A DNA stretch of 64,000 bases from Eledone cirrhosa. Taxonomy: Eukaryota. Below, in pieces: positions 1-13,786 of this stretch. The DNA lies in NCBI GenBank assembly GCA_964016885.1, contig OZ024742.1, positions 213,528,001 through 213,592,000 on the forward strand. Reading direction: 5' to 3'. The position numbers were made by a program, and so were the translations under genes. The first letter of the stretch is position 1. The number at the start of each line of letters is the position of its first letter. Under the pieces are notes generated by a model. That model was not told the origin of the DNA, did not search any database, and saw nothing but the letters and a program-made list of their open reading frames with translations.

Positions 1-167
1 AACTACCTAGTAAGATTATTTTAATAGCTAATAGCTTTTGTAGAAATTCATGAAAACAACCCAACTGTGTTTCCTTAACAGGCTGGCTTCTGGGCGGTAA
101 GACACAGTTCAGATTTTAACTCTTCAATATTTGAGTTAATGCCAAGTAAGGAAAGAAGTAACTCAAG

Positions 168-369
168 CTGCTGCTGCTGCTGGTGCTGCTGCTGCTTCTT
201 CTTCTTCTTCTTCTTCTTCTTCTTCTTCTTCTTCTTCTTCTTCTTCTTCTTCTTCTTCTTCTTCTTCTTCTTCTTCTTCTTCTTCTTCTTCTTCTTCTTC
301 TTCTTCTTCTTCTTCTTCTTCTTCTTCTTCTTCTTCTTCTTCTTCTTCTTCTTCTTCTTCTTCTTCTTC
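168..369. repeat. (CTG)n followed by long (CTT)n microsatellite
   Basis: Direct reading; explains the poly-F/L/E ORFs. Confidence 0.97.
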
Positions 370-689
370 AGAGCTTCCTAAACTGGTGTGGGAGATGGAG
401 ATGGGAGTAAATTGGAAATATAGCTCGAACGCGTGCAACTGAGCAGGGGCAGGTGGAAGTGTTACAATGTACGACGGATTAAGTCTACAAATCAAAACGC
501 AAAGAGACCGAATAAATAACGCTAAGCATCAGTTCCAACGCCCTAACGATTCCGTCCATTAAGCCCCCCCGACTAATGCTATATTTATCCAAACTGGGAC
601 GATGAAAGAAAAAGATGACCTCAGCAGTTAATAACTAGGATACATATACAGCGAGATTACACATTAAAAAAACGTAACGGAGTTGATAT

Positions 690-3585
690 TCTGAATTTAG
701 TGGTAGATGAAATGAATAATGATAGTGGAAAGCCTATGAACCTAAGATTTGTAGACAGGAAAAAGTTAAAAGAAACAACAGCTAAGGTAAACAAGGTCAT
801 CCCATACCTTGAGGCGAGGAACCTACACCAATGCAACTATATCCTCAAAGCAACCTCAAATGTGGTGAAAACATTACTTGGTATAAAAACGAGAGGAAAC
901 AACAAACAAGAAAGATCAGAACCTTGGTGGAAGAAACGACTGAATGGTCAAATCAAGGAAATGAGAAAAGACATTGGAAAGCTTGAGTCTTTACTGAATG
1001 GGACATATAAAACATAGACACTAAAGATAGATTGAAAAATAAAATACGAAACTAGGGGAAAAGAGCTAAATGTTATCATAGAGGAACTGAAGCAACGCAT
1101 TGTAGCAAAAAGTGCAAAGATTAGGTGGTATGAGAACAGAGTTAGTCAGTATAGACAGAACCGCATGTTTGACAACAACCAGAAGATGTTGTTTGAACAG
1201 CTTGAAGGGGAAGAAAGAGGCAACGACGTGATCCCTGACGCTGAACAGACTAACACATTCTGGAGAGGAATATGGAAGCAGGATGTTGAAGTTAATAGTC
1301 ATGCAGTGTGGATTGAGACAGTTCAAAGGAGATAGGTGAACAAGCACACCAACAACCTGATTTGAGTATCACAGTTGAAACTCTTAAAGAGCAGGCAACA
1401 AAACTAACAAACTGGAAATCACCAGGCCCAGATGGTGTGCAAGGGATTAAAAATATAACATCGCTCCACCAAAAACTGACAACCATGTTCAATGACTGCT
1501 TGATGTCGGGTGAGGTACCAGAGTGGTTGACAAAAGGTACCACAGTTCTGGTAATGAAAGACCGAATCAAGGGTAATGATGTTACCAGCTATAGACCTAT
1601 CACATGTCTGTCCGTAATGTGGAAACTGTTAACAAGCATTGTGTCTGAGGAAATCTACTATAACCTCCACATAAACAACTTTTTATCGGACGAACAGAAA
1701 GGATGCCGAAAGAAGTCCCGTGGTACAAAAGACCAGAGGAATTGCATGGGATGGATAGATTACAAAAAGGCATTCGACATGGTATCTCATTCTTGGATAA
1801 CCAAAAGCCTAGAGATCTTCAAGGTGGCAGACAACATCAGACAGCTATTAAGTAAAAGTATGAAGTCCTGGGAAGCAGAGTTAACATCAGGTGGAGAATT
1901 CTTGGGAGGTGTGAAGATCAAGAGAGGTATTTCCAGGGAGATAGTTAGTCCCCTTTGTTGTTTGTTCTTGCCCTTATACCCCTGTCCGTCATATTGCAAA
2001 AACTGAGAGCAGGATACAAGCTGGGAAGAGGAGGGCTTACCATCAACCACCTCCTCTTCATGGACGATCTTAAACTCTTTGGGAAGAGTGAGAAGGAGTT
2101 GGATGTACTTGTTGACACTGTCCGTATTTTCAGCAATGATATATGTATGGAATTTGGTGTTAATAAGTTTGGAGTTCTAGTGATGAAGAGGGGTAAATTG
2201 AGCAGAAGCAACGGAATCCAGGTACCAACAGGTGAGATGATAAAGGAAATTGACACTGAAGAGGGATACAAATATTTAGGTGTTCTGGAGGCAGATGACA
2301 TCAAGAACAGAAAAATGAAGGAATTGATAAGATCTGAATACATAAGGAGAGTAAGGAACATACTAAAATCACATCTAAATAGTAGGAATGTCATAAGTGC
2401 AGTAAATTCCCGAGCTGTGTCTATTATTAGGTACAGTGCGGGAATTCTGAAATGGAATGTTGCTGAACAAAAAGAAATGGATAGGAAGACTAGGAAACTA
2501 ATGACAATCTACAACATGTTCCACAAGAGGAGTGATGTTGATATACTCTACTTAAAGAGATCTGAAGGTGGAAGAGGTCTTATCAGCATAGAGGACTGTG
2601 TTCAGATGGAGAAAAACAGCCTGCACAAATATGTGTCTGACAGTAGGGAGCCAATGCTCAAAATTGTACTGAAGGAGAAGACAATAGACCAGGGGATGTC
2701 CAAGGAGGAAATAACAACAAGGAGGAAGAGCAACCTTCATGAAAAATCCCTTCATAGTACCTTCTTTAAGAAAACGGAATTTAGATATCCACAGACATGG
2801 AACTGGTTAAAAAGAGGAGACCTTTAAAAAGCTACAGAAGCAATGCTAATGGCTGCGCAAGAGCAAGCCCTCAGAACAAAGCAGGTGAAACACCATATTT
2901 ACAAGGAGGAGGCTAGCCCACTGTGTAGGATCTGTGGAGAGAGAGAGGAGACTGTGACACACATTGTATCCGAGTGTAAACACCTAGCCCAGACTCACTA
3001 TAAGGGCTGGAGACATGATGTGATGGGCTGGGTGATCCACTGGAATCTATGCAAAGTAAACAATTTACCACATTCTGAGAAGTGGTATGAGCAGAAGCCA
3101 GAGTCGGTGATAGAAAACGATCAGGTGAAGGTGCTATAGGATTTTAGGATACAGACGGACAAGAAATTAGAACACAATAGACCTGACCTGGTGGTTTTGG
3201 ACAAGGAAAAAAGATCGTGCCTGATTGTAGATGTAGCCTGCCTATTTGACACGAGAGTGCAAGAAAAGGAGAGGGAGAAAATTAACCGATACCAGGATTT
3301 AAAGTGGGAGTTAAAAAGGATTTGGAACTGCCATGAGATCAAGGTCGTCCCGATTGTCATAGGCGCACTAGGTACTACCACAAAGGATGGTTAAAGAAGA
3401 TTAGTTCAGCCCCGTTTTTTGGAACACTTCAAAAGGCATGCTTGCTCGGAACAGCAAGAACCCTTCGATACGTCCTGAATGTCTGAGGCTGCAGGTAGCG
3501 GCTTGATATTCATTTCAACAAACTTTCCAGTTAAATAACATCAATGACTGAGACTCAAAGAACAACAATAATAATAATAATAATA
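690..3585 (+). mobile_element. R4/Dong-like non-LTR retrotransposon (RT + CCHC + restriction-like endonuclease), 5'-truncated and frameshifted
   Basis: ORF pieces carry RT motifs (KSPGPDG, YRPITCL, WIDYKKAFDMV, HLLFMDDLKLF, YKYLG), the zinc knuckle CRICGEREETVTHIVSEC and RLE motifs (RPDLVV, EKINRYQDL, VPIVIGALG). Stop near 3486, short 3' UTR, (AAC/AAT)n tail near 3561-3585. Confidence 0.9.
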
Positions 3586-3590
3586 CAACA

Positions 3591-3766
3591 AAGACGAATG
3601 GTCACTCCTTCATTACGTTTATTGGTTGGTGACGCGTGTTTCGCTATTGATCAGCTCAAGGTTCGATCTAGCCCGACTCTGTAATCAATGGTTCGTCGGA
3701 CCTCTGTGGTAGTAATGACAGCGTCACCAACCAATAAACGTAATGAAGGAGTAACCATTCGTCCTT
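3591..3766. repeat. Inverted repeat with ~46-bp arms containing a partial hammerhead on the minus strand
   Basis: 3591-3636 is the reverse complement of 3721-3766. The minus strand reads TGA-GCT-gatcaat-AGC-GAAAC-ACGC-GTC. Confidence 0.7.
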
Positions 3767-3767
3767 G

Positions 3768-3946
3768 GCAGTATTGGTAGAGGGTTGGACGCCATGCTTT
3801 GACGCATAGAGTTACGGCCCTTGCCATTATGAGTTCAAATCCCGCCGAGGTTAACTTTGCCTTTCATCCTTACGGGGTCGATAAAATAAAGTACCAGTAA
3901 TACACTGGATAATTGGTGGCCTTGTGCCTAACATAGAAACAATTAT
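3768..3946 (+). mobile_element. tRNA-derived SINE, family A
   Basis: B-box GAGTTCAAATCCC, then central GCCTTTCATCCTTACGGGGTCGATAAAATAAAGTACCAG; multiple copies in the window. Confidence 0.85.
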
Positions 3947-3997
3947 TATACTAAACGACGTGAACCTACAATAACTCCGCGTTACACTCCCTGGATA

Positions 3998-4100
<103 letters not shown>

Positions 4101-4102
4101 AA

Positions 4103-4334
4103 GATTTTACATTCATTTAATTTATTAATTTATTAATTTATTATTTGTTTGACCCGAATTTTCCTGGTCGTTTTTTCGGCTGTGCGAATGATTTTAAGCA
4201 TTGTCTCTATGTGTTGGTATTTTAACGATAGTTATAGCTGTGGTTTACCCAAACTATTGAGCCCTCTGCCACACATTTCGAAGATTGTGTTTCGTGATTT
4301 CGTGGGCTGAGATTTCGATTCTCGATTATTTATT

Positions 4335-4397
<63 letters not shown>

Positions 4398-4626
4398 GAA
4401 TAATCGAGAATCGGAATATCAGACCACGAAATCACGATAAACAATATCCGACAAATGCGGCAGAGGGCTCAATAATTTGGATAAATCAGAGCTATAACTA
4501 TCGTTAAAATACCAACACATAGAGATCATGCCTAAAATCACCCGTGCAGCCGAAAAAGAACGACCAGGAAGATTCGGGTCACTCAAATAAAATATCAATA
4601 AATTAATAAATTAAATGAATGTAAAA
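4103..4626. repeat. Diverged ~230-bp inverted repeat centred on (TA)n
   Basis: About 4103-4335 is an imperfect reverse complement of about 4396-4626. Confidence 0.85.
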
Positions 4627-5979
4627 AAACTCACCCGGACCCGCTAGAAAGATGTTAAATCTAGCTTCTTGGGTTTCTGCAATTCCTTAATCCAATCACT
4701 ATCAGCCCACATAAAAAATATATAAGACTTCTAGAGAAGGCATGAACGCGGAACAGCTTTATCAACGAGTTTTCGTCCAATAATACAGAGGGGACCTATA
4801 GCCAAAAACGCACATGGTATTCAGCAAGGGAGGGAACCTCTGTATTAGCGAAAGAATTCGGTGATGTGTAAATTATGTAAGAATACAAATTATCACATAT
4901 CGAATCAGAGTGCTCAACAGACGTGTTAAAATAAACATAAACATATATTTATATATATATATATATAATTGGTGTTGGATGCTTAAAGCGTCCGTATGCG
5001 GTAGGCCGTTTGAGCATTCGATGCTCTCACAGAGCAGAGTATGATATCACAAAAAAAAAGAGAATCAGTGTTGCGACGAATGGAATTTATTGGCGACCAG
5101 CTCTAGGCACGATCGATGTGATGATCGAACTTGACTCTGAAAATCGCAAGGTCCTCAGATACGTCTTGATTCTACGAAGCAGATTTTACAAATGTCCTTT
5201 TACATCGATATCCTTCGCCTGTCGGCTTAGATCCTGTTGTTGTCATTCCATGAGTGGTCAAGAATTGTACACGTCCTCGATATTTCTAGCCACTCATGGT
5301 TGTCCACTATTTGGTTCTTTAGGCGCCCTCGCCCACACCGATCACGTACGCACCCGCAACTGAATTATATGCGACAATCACCGTAAATAATGCTTGGAGG
5401 GAATTTTTAGCATAACGTTTCAAGAACACAGCCTTAGAATACCTTAAAACATACATATTTCAAAAAGAAAAAAACTCTGTACAAAGAACGTTTTTAAACG
5501 AATGCTTGGAACAGCCTTTCAAAAAAAAAAAAAGGCTATTTCGAAGGATTTTTGATAAATATACTCATATCTGCACTCACACACTGTACTCAGGGAAACG
5601 TGTATAGTTAAGACGCTGCACATATATACATAGATGAAAAAAAAAGGAAGATCTACACATAGGCATTCATATCCTCACACAGACATGTTGATGCAAATAC
5701 ATCCACCCAGACATGTGTACACACGTGCGCATGCATATTTGCATGGACACACATACATACATGTACCCGCATATGTTCATGCTTGTACATTACCGAAGGC
5801 ACATACTTGATAAATACCCTCCCATCTGTACACACACGCGCAGCTGTGCACATGGTGCATACAGTATTACATGAGATAACATTCTTGAGGCTTGGACCCA
5901 ACTCAATCATGTGGCGATATAAGCCCCAAAGTACATGCACAATATGCATAAATGCTATAGCCGCGTAGTTATATTTCGA

Positions 5980-6037
5980 ATACCTGATGATGTCACCGGA
6001 TTCATACTGAACCCGGTCATTGAAATGATCATAGTAT
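5980..6037 (+). ncRNA. Minimal type-I hammerhead ribozyme at a PLE 3' end
   Basis: ATAC-CTGATGA-tgtcACCGG..CCGGTcatt-GAAAT-GATC-ATA^GTAT; palindromic stem III; ~50-nt tail, then (TA)n. Confidence 0.8.
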
Positions 6038-6082
6038 AATAAACCTTTTAGGGAATTACACCAGTCCAGCCTCCTGTTATTT

Positions 6083-6181
<99 letters not shown>

Positions 6182-6643
6182 TAAACGGAATAGAAAATGC
6201 TGACAAATTGTTCACAGTTGAAAAATGGTTTAATTAGGAATAAAAGAGTATTAGTAATTGTATGGGTTAGTATTCAGTTGTGGTTTTAAGTTTTTAAGTT
6301 TTTACCGGTTGCGCATTTCTAAATGCTTTTCAAAAATAAGTTTGAGATAGAGTGTCCGTGCTGTTTGCTCTGATCTGATTAGTTTTGGGAATTCTACCTG
6401 TTTTTATGTTAAAAAAGTGGCTCCAGCGTTATTTTTGTGTTGCAAAAATGCTTGTGGTCAAAACAATTTTGATTGGTCGGTAGAGGTCATGTGGATAAAA
6501 AATTGGTTTTGCGCCAAGATTGAGAAATGACTCTTTCACAACAAATATATGTGTGTGTGTGTGTGTGTGTGTAGTAGTAGTAGTAAGGTGTTCGATGCTG
6601 CGACAATGGCCAGCAGCGATGTGTGTCAAATGGCTATTAAGAT

Positions 6644-6722
<79 letters not shown>

Positions 6723-6759
6723 GCAGAGTAATTCGATGGTCAGTAAGAATGTGTCTGAA

Positions 6760-7471
6760 AGCAATGGGGGGTATTTTAGCATGTCAAAAGATATTTGCCC
6801 TAAAACTCAGTACCCAGGACCTTAGACACCCTAAAGTAAATCAACCAAAACTAAAAGCTCTTCCATACATCTCCACACACAACCCCCTCAACAATGAGGC
6901 CTTTGACACCATCCTCCAGAACATCCCTGTATTGAAAAAGGACCATAGAATGAACCAAATTCTAAGAACACACGATATCATAAAGAGCAAAAGACAATCC
7001 AAGTCAATGAAAAACATCTTAACACATGCCAAAGTACTGCCAACCACAACAACGAAACCCACAGTAAAAAAATGCGATAGACCCAACTGTGGCATTTGCA
7101 TCAACCTAATAGAGGGTTCGGAATTCTATTTCAAAGATGGACAACGTTTTATAGTAAAACACAATTTCACATGTGCATCGGAAAATCTAATATATGTATT
7201 AACTTGTTCAGGTTGTCGAGAACAATACATAGGCCAGACCAAAAACAGCCCCCGCCAACGCATGACTGTCCATAGATCCCAAATTAAAATACGGGAATAC
7301 AGGAAAATACCACTGAGTGAACACATTGATACCTGTGCCGCCCAAAATCATCCCAGCTTCAGAATCTTTCCCCTCTACAAATTTAAAGATAATGCCACCC
7401 ACACCCAGCGCATCAGCAAGGAATCTTACTTCATTAACAAATACGGACCCCGTCTAAACACTTCTCCCTAA
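6760..7471 (+). CDS. PLE linker + GIY-YIG endonuclease (C-terminal part; RT absent)
   Basis: LPYISTHNP; Cys linker CDRPNCGIC; NLIYVLTCSGCREQYIGQT; RMTVH, EH, R...E..FI..P.LN. The 5' end is fused to (TG)n, so probably not expressed. Confidence 0.85.
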
Positions 7472-7865
7472 GACGAACCCACAACATACACACGTCAACA
7501 TACATACCTACATCAGCACACATCTCTACCCACATATAAACACAATGACACACGTAAACACACATGCTCTATGGTGCAATACAAAAAAATATATGTGCAT
7601 ATATATGTATGTATATATGTATATATATATATATATGTAGTGAATATATGTATGTGTATATATATATAGTGAATATCATTTCACACCTTTTATTGTTAAG
7701 ATTTTTGATGTTCTATTAAGAGAACCGATTTTACTGAAAAAATCGAATAATGTACACCATTTTACCAGGGGAAAAAAAATACTGGTCCACCCACCCACAC
7801 ACACACACACACACATATATATACACAAACACATACACACGCGTGCATCAACATACAAAGAGACT

Positions 7866-7938
<73 letters not shown>

Positions 7939-8013
7939 ACTTATCTTAATAGCCATTTGACACACATCGCTGCTGGCCATTGTCGCAGCATCGAACACCT
8001 TACTACTACTACT

Positions 8014-8076
<63 letters not shown>

Positions 8077-8393
8077 TATTTGTTGTGAAAGAGTCATTTC
8101 TCAATCTTAGCGCAAAACCAATTTTTTATCCACATGACCTCTACCGACCAATCAAAATTGTTTTGACCAAGAATTTTTGCTGGAGCCACTTTTTTAACAT
8201 AAAAACAGTCTTGGCGCAAAATCAACTTTTTACATTCACATGACCTCTACCGACCAATCAAAATTGTTTTGACCACAAGCATTTTTGCAACACAAAAATA
8301 ACGCTGGAGCCACTTTTTTAACATAAAAACAGGTAGAATTCCCAAAACTAATCAGATCAGAGCAAACAGCACGGACACTCTATCTCAAAATTA

Positions 8394-8430
8394 TTTTTGA
8401 AAAGCATTTAGAAATGCGCAACCGGTAAAA
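8394..8430 (+). ncRNA. Variant hammerhead in the Neptune-like pLTR (other copies 6301-6336 -, 38506-38542 -, 38686-38722 +)
   Basis: TTT-TTGAAAA-GCATTT-ag-AAATGC-GCAAC-CG-GTA^AAA; U3/A8 core, GAAA changed to GCAA, weak stem I. Confidence 0.55.
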
Positions 8431-8587
8431 ACTTAAAAACTTAAAACCACAACTGAATACTAACCCATACAATTACTAATACTCTTTTATTCCTAATTAA
8501 ACCATTTTTCAACTGTGAACAATTTGTCAGCATTTTCTATTCCGTTTACCAATATATAATAACTTGTGTGTTACACCTCTATTCTTT

Positions 8588-8653
<66 letters not shown>

Positions 8654-8914
8654 TGTGCGTGTGTATGCGTAAATGGAACCTATTTTTGTGAGGTCTCAAT
8701 ATTATTTATAGCCATATTTAGTGTCATATGACTGTTACTATAGTAACTGTAGAACAAAATGTTGATCGACCATCAATGCGTTTTACACAACAATGCATCC
8801 TTGTCTAATGGCAATTTTCCAAAGTTTTCGACCTTTAAATGCTAAAAGCTCAAGTAGCAAATCACAATCACATGAACACAAACTCGTACACACAAACACT
8901 CATACACATATATA

Positions 8915-8966
<52 letters not shown>

Positions 8967-9100
8967 CGTGTGTGTGTGTGCATGTGTGTGTGTGCATGCG
9001 TGAGTGTGTGTGTGCATGCGTGAGTGTGTGTGTGCATGCGTGAGTGTGTGTATGTTCATTTACACATCTATATTAATATACGTACGCACATAGGCACACA

Positions 9101-9203
<103 letters not shown>

Positions 9204-9535
9204 GGGTGTGGGTGTTTGTGACTGTGTTTATGTTTATGAATTTGACAAAATACCAGTGGTTAATAAATAAAAAAAAACAGGCGTTCGTTCAAAAAGTTAT
9301 ACTGTACATCGTTGAATTAATAAATAACACTGTGGAACAAGTATCGAGCTCGATATGGTCGACTAAACCAGTAAAATAATATATATATATATATATAAGT
9401 AGAAGTGGTATTTAATTTGTTGGAAGTCCGACAAATATAAATGTTTATAACTGATTTAGAGCACTAAACAGTTTACTGGAGTAAATATTCAATGATATTA
9501 AATAAATGGAAACTATATTTATAAAACCATATTTA

Positions 9536-9596
9536 TTTTATTATATATATTTCAAGGGCAACCAAGACAACATTGGTACGCTTTCATCAGATAAAA
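9536..9596 (-). ncRNA. Hammerhead ribozyme (mirror of 12211-12271)
   Basis: Reverse complement of the 12211 motif. Confidence 0.8.
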
Positions 9597-10634
9597 TACA
9601 AAGTTTGTTTTATAAATAGAGATATACCCATGAAAATCATACCTTATCAGTTGGAAATTCACTGGATAGTGGAAATATATTAGGAATTATTCAAACTTAT
9701 GTGTGAATATGCAAATGAATATGTAAATAATTGAAAAACAACCGTTTATTTAAATGACACTGGAAAAACAGAGAGAAAAGAGAGAGAGAGTAAAAATATT
9801 ACGAGAGAGATAGAGAGAAGAAATTAACAAGAGGATGAATAAAACTCATATAACGTTAATTTGGGTGAATATATTCAATGGTACGTGTATTTACGATTAA
9901 TTAGTTGTTAAAATTCTTTACTAATATAATATTTACTGTTCTAAGTAGATAGAAAAATAAATAAATAAATAAATACATAAATAAATAAATAAATAAATAG
10001 ATGGATAAGTGGATAAATAGATAAATAAATGAATAGATGGGTATTTCGTGTTATAGATAATTGCTTTATTGAGTTATGAGGGTTATTGGTTTTGTATTTA
10101 ATGTAAGTAAATATTAAGTTAAATTAAATTAAGTTAACTGAGTTAATAAGAATATTTATATTTATACATTTTAAAATGAGAAGATACGGAAAAAACTCCA
10201 GTTTTGTTTATTTATTCGTTAGTATGAGACTATTTTGTCAAAATAATTATAAATGTTAAAGATATATTTAGCAAGATTTAGTTAGTGTTTATAAATCTAA
10301 TAAAAGATATTGAAAAAATATTAAAAATTCGGGAAAATTAAAAAAAAAAAATTTATAAGAGATAAGTAATTTAAAAAAAAAGTAATTTTTAAAAATAGAT
10401 AAAAAATTAAAGAAATAAAAAATAAAGAATTAAAAATTATTAAGATTAAAATTACAATTAAAATTAAAAAATTAGAATTATATATGTATATATTTTAAGA
10501 AACTTTAATAAGTGAAATTATAGCAAATGTTATAGATATGATTTAGAGATATCAATATATTAAAACCAAGTGGATAAGATTGTTATGGAAATAAGTAGAA
10601 ATATTATAAGTGTAATTATAATTTATATATAGTT

Positions 10635-10990
10635 CTAAACGTTGAATTCAGGCGATGTCATACAAGAACTAAATAAATTCGTCCTTATATTAATAGAGTT
10701 CTTACATTTAAGTATGAAAAACATTTCCTCAAAACACAATTTGCAAAATCTAGATAAAGCTGTATTTCCGTATGCGGGTGCTCTCGAAACTATTCCCCAA
10801 GTTAAAGAATAGTCCATATTCTTGCATTTTAAGTTCCATATCAGGTTTGAAAGAGAAGTTTAAAATGTTTTATCAAATCTTTGGAAAGAGCATTTGTGAT
10901 TATTCCAGCGACTTTTAAATTCTGTAGAAGTTGCACCTACATAGTTAAATATATTATCACTGGTTTTGACTGTACATTTATGGGAAATAA
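10635..10990 (-). pseudogene. PLE GIY-YIG endonuclease fragment (CxxC...CRH type, Naiad/Nematis-like)
   Basis: YVGATSTEFKSRWNNHKCSF ... LTWGIVSRAPAY ... CKLCFEE ... NIRTNLFSSC; the mirror arm on + at 11000-11150 reads SSCRH. Confidence 0.8.
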
Positions 10991-12210
10991 TTTCATAAGC
11001 ACCTGCATACCAAAACACAGCTTTATCTAGATTTTGCAAATTGTGTGTTGAGGAAATTTTTTTCATACTTAAATGTACGAACTCTATTAATATAAGGACG
11101 AATTTATTTAGTTCTTGTAGACATCGCCTGAATTCAACGTTTAGACCTATATATAAATTATAATTACACTTATAATATTTCTACATATTTCCATAACAAT
11201 ATTATCCACTTAGTTTTAATATATATTGATATCTCTAAATCATATCTATAACATTTGCTATAATTTCAATTCTTAAAGTTTCTTAAAATATATACATATA
11301 TAATTCTAATTTTTTGATTTTAATTTTAATTTTAATTTTAATTTTAATTTTAATCTTAATAATTTTTAATTCTTTATTTTTCATTTCTTTAATTATTTAT
11401 CTATTTTTAAAAATTACCTTTTTTTTAATAATTACTTATCTCTTATAAAAAATTTTTTTTAATTTTCCCGAATTTTTAATATTTTTTAAATATCTTTTAT
11501 TAGATTTATAAATACTAAATAATTCTGGCTAAATATATGTTTAACATTTATAATTATTTTGAAAAATAGTCTCATACTAACGAATAAATAAACAAAACTG
11601 GAGTTTTTTCCGTATCTTCCCATTTTAAAATATATAAATATAAATATTCTTATTAACTCAGTTAACTTAATTTAATTTAACTTAATATTTACTCCCATTA
11701 AATACAAAACCAATATCCCTCATAACTCATTAAAACAATTATCTATAACACGATATACCCATCTATTCATTTATTTATCTATTTATCCATTTATCCATTT
11801 ATTTATTTATCTATTTATTTATGTTTTTATTTATTTATTTATTTTTCTATCTGCTCTTCTATCTATTTATTTTTCTATCTACTTATAACAGTTATATTAG
11901 TAAAGAAATTTAACAACTAATTAATCGTAAATACACGTACCATTGAATATATTCACCCAAATTAACGTTATATGAGTTTTATTCATCCTCTTGTTAATTT
12001 CTTCTCTCTATCTCTCTCGTAATATTTTTCTCTCTCTCTTTCTCCAGTGTCATTTAAATAAACGGTTGTTTTTCAATAATTTACATATTCATTTGCATAT
12101 TCACACATAAGTTTGAATAATCCCTAGTATATTTCCACTATCCAGTGAATTACCAACCGATAAGGTATGATTTTCATGGGCATGTCTCTATTTATAAAAC
12201 AAACTTTGTA

Positions 12211-12271
12211 TTTTATCTGATGAAAGCGTACCAATGTTGTCTTGGTTGCCCTTGAAATATATATAATAAAA
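12211..12271 (+). ncRNA. Minimal type-I hammerhead ribozyme
   Basis: TTTTAT-CTGATGA-AAGcGtACCAA..TTGGTtgCcCTT-GAAAT-ATAT-ATA^ATAAAA. Confidence 0.82.
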
Positions 12272-12316
12272 TAAATATGGTTTTATAAATATAGTTTCCA
12301 TTTATTTAATATCATC

Positions 12317-12373
<57 letters not shown>

Positions 12374-12846
12374 TATATAATAAAAATAACATTTATACTT
12401 ACATATATAATCGATCGTTATTTGATTGTTCTCTATGTTGTGTATATATATAGATAAAGAATTCGAAGTTTGAAAGCCACTTACAATGAGTGTTTGAACG
12501 GAAAATATTTAATTCGTAAGAAACAGGGATAATATTTTACCGTTATTTATTCATATGTCCAGTCACATAGAAGCTATTAGTAGAGAAGGATGGATAGAGA
12601 AATTAACTCTCTTCTCTGAATGAACATGTATGTGAAAATTAATTTCTCTTCACCTTTCTATTCTTCTTATTATTATTATCACTATTTGTACAAATATGCA
12701 ACTTAACAATATTCTGCATATCCGCAATTATCAATGCATATAATGCTGAAACCGGTATTGTAAATAAATTAATGTTTTGATATTTCACTGAAAAACTCTC
12801 TTCAATATTTTCTACTGAAAAAACCTTTTTCCTTTCTACTAGTGGT

Positions 12847-12997
<151 letters not shown>

Positions 12998-13068
12998 GTA
13001 TACATCCCGTATTAAGCCGCAGTGTCTAGCAACCACCGTTGCTCGTTTGTTCAACACTGACAAAGGAA

Positions 13069-13109
13069 CGCTGTACTAGTTTCAAGCTTGTTAGCTATCG
13101 TCAGCAACG
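13069..13109 (-). ncRNA. Hammerhead ribozyme
   Basis: Minus strand: CGTTG-CTGACGA-tAGCT-aaca-AGCTt-GAAAC-TA-GTA^CAGCG. Confidence 0.85.
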
Positions 13110-13539
13110 CATACCTTCCTGCCAGATTGTTGAACGTCCGAAAGTATATACTTTCCTTATGCATATTAACGGTGCATATTAACGGTGGTTGCTAGACACT
13201 GCGGCTTAATACGGGATGTTTGTTTACAAACACACCGAGCATTATAATAAATGTTTGGTGAATCCATACGTACATTATATATATGTGTGCATGTATGTAT
13301 ATATATATACATACTACTGCACGTCTGTATACATATATATACGTACGTATACATACTTATATTTAAGTAACAGCCGTACTAAGAGTGGGAAATGAAATTT
13401 CGTTTCAATTTTTCCGTTTATCGTTTTCGGTACACCCGGCCGATTAACCACTCGATATGCAAATTGGGCTACTCAGCCGTTAATATGCATAAGGAAAGTA
13501 TATACTTTCGGACGTTCAACAATCTGGCAGGAAGGTATA

Positions 13540-13578
13540 CGTTGCTGACGATCTAACAAGCTTGAAACTAGTACAGCG
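13540..13578 (+). ncRNA. Hammerhead ribozyme with a 2-nt deletion in stem II
   Basis: CGTTG-CTGACGA-tct-aaca-agctt-GAAAC-TA-GTA^CAGCG. Confidence 0.75.
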
Positions 13579-13786
13579 TTCCTTTGTCAGTGTTGAACAA
13601 ACGAGCAACGGTGGTTGCTAGACACTGCGGCTGAATACGGGATGTTTGTTTACAAACACACCAAGCATTATAATAAATGTTTGGTGAATCCATACGTACA
13701 TATATATATATGTGTGCATGTATGTATATATATATATATACATACTACTGTACGTCTGTATATATATATGTATGTACGTATACATA

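Larger units (their letters stand above)
6178..8592 (+). mobile_element. 5'-truncated Penelope-like element (Neptune-like) with an inverted pseudo-LTR
   Basis: About 6178-6660 is the reverse complement of about 7925-8553. The GIY-YIG ORF lies between the arms; a ~38-nt tail (8554-8592) occurs on one arm only; (TA)n flanks. Confidence 0.88.
9398..12315. mobile_element. Penelope-like element 3' end as a ~1.3-kb-arm fold-back palindrome
   Basis: About 9490-10800 is the reverse complement of about 11000-12315. The centre encodes a GIY-YIG C-terminus; each arm has an HHR. Confidence 0.88.

Noticed and set aside
139-495. Poly-E/F/L ORFs and the many YIYI/THTH/CVCV ORFs across the window
   Set aside because: They are translations of microsatellites, not genes.
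12698-12760. CAA-CTTAACA...GAAAC-CG-GTA-TTG
   Set aside because: The 3' half fits an HHR but the 5' core has two substitutions at essential positions; not called as a feature.
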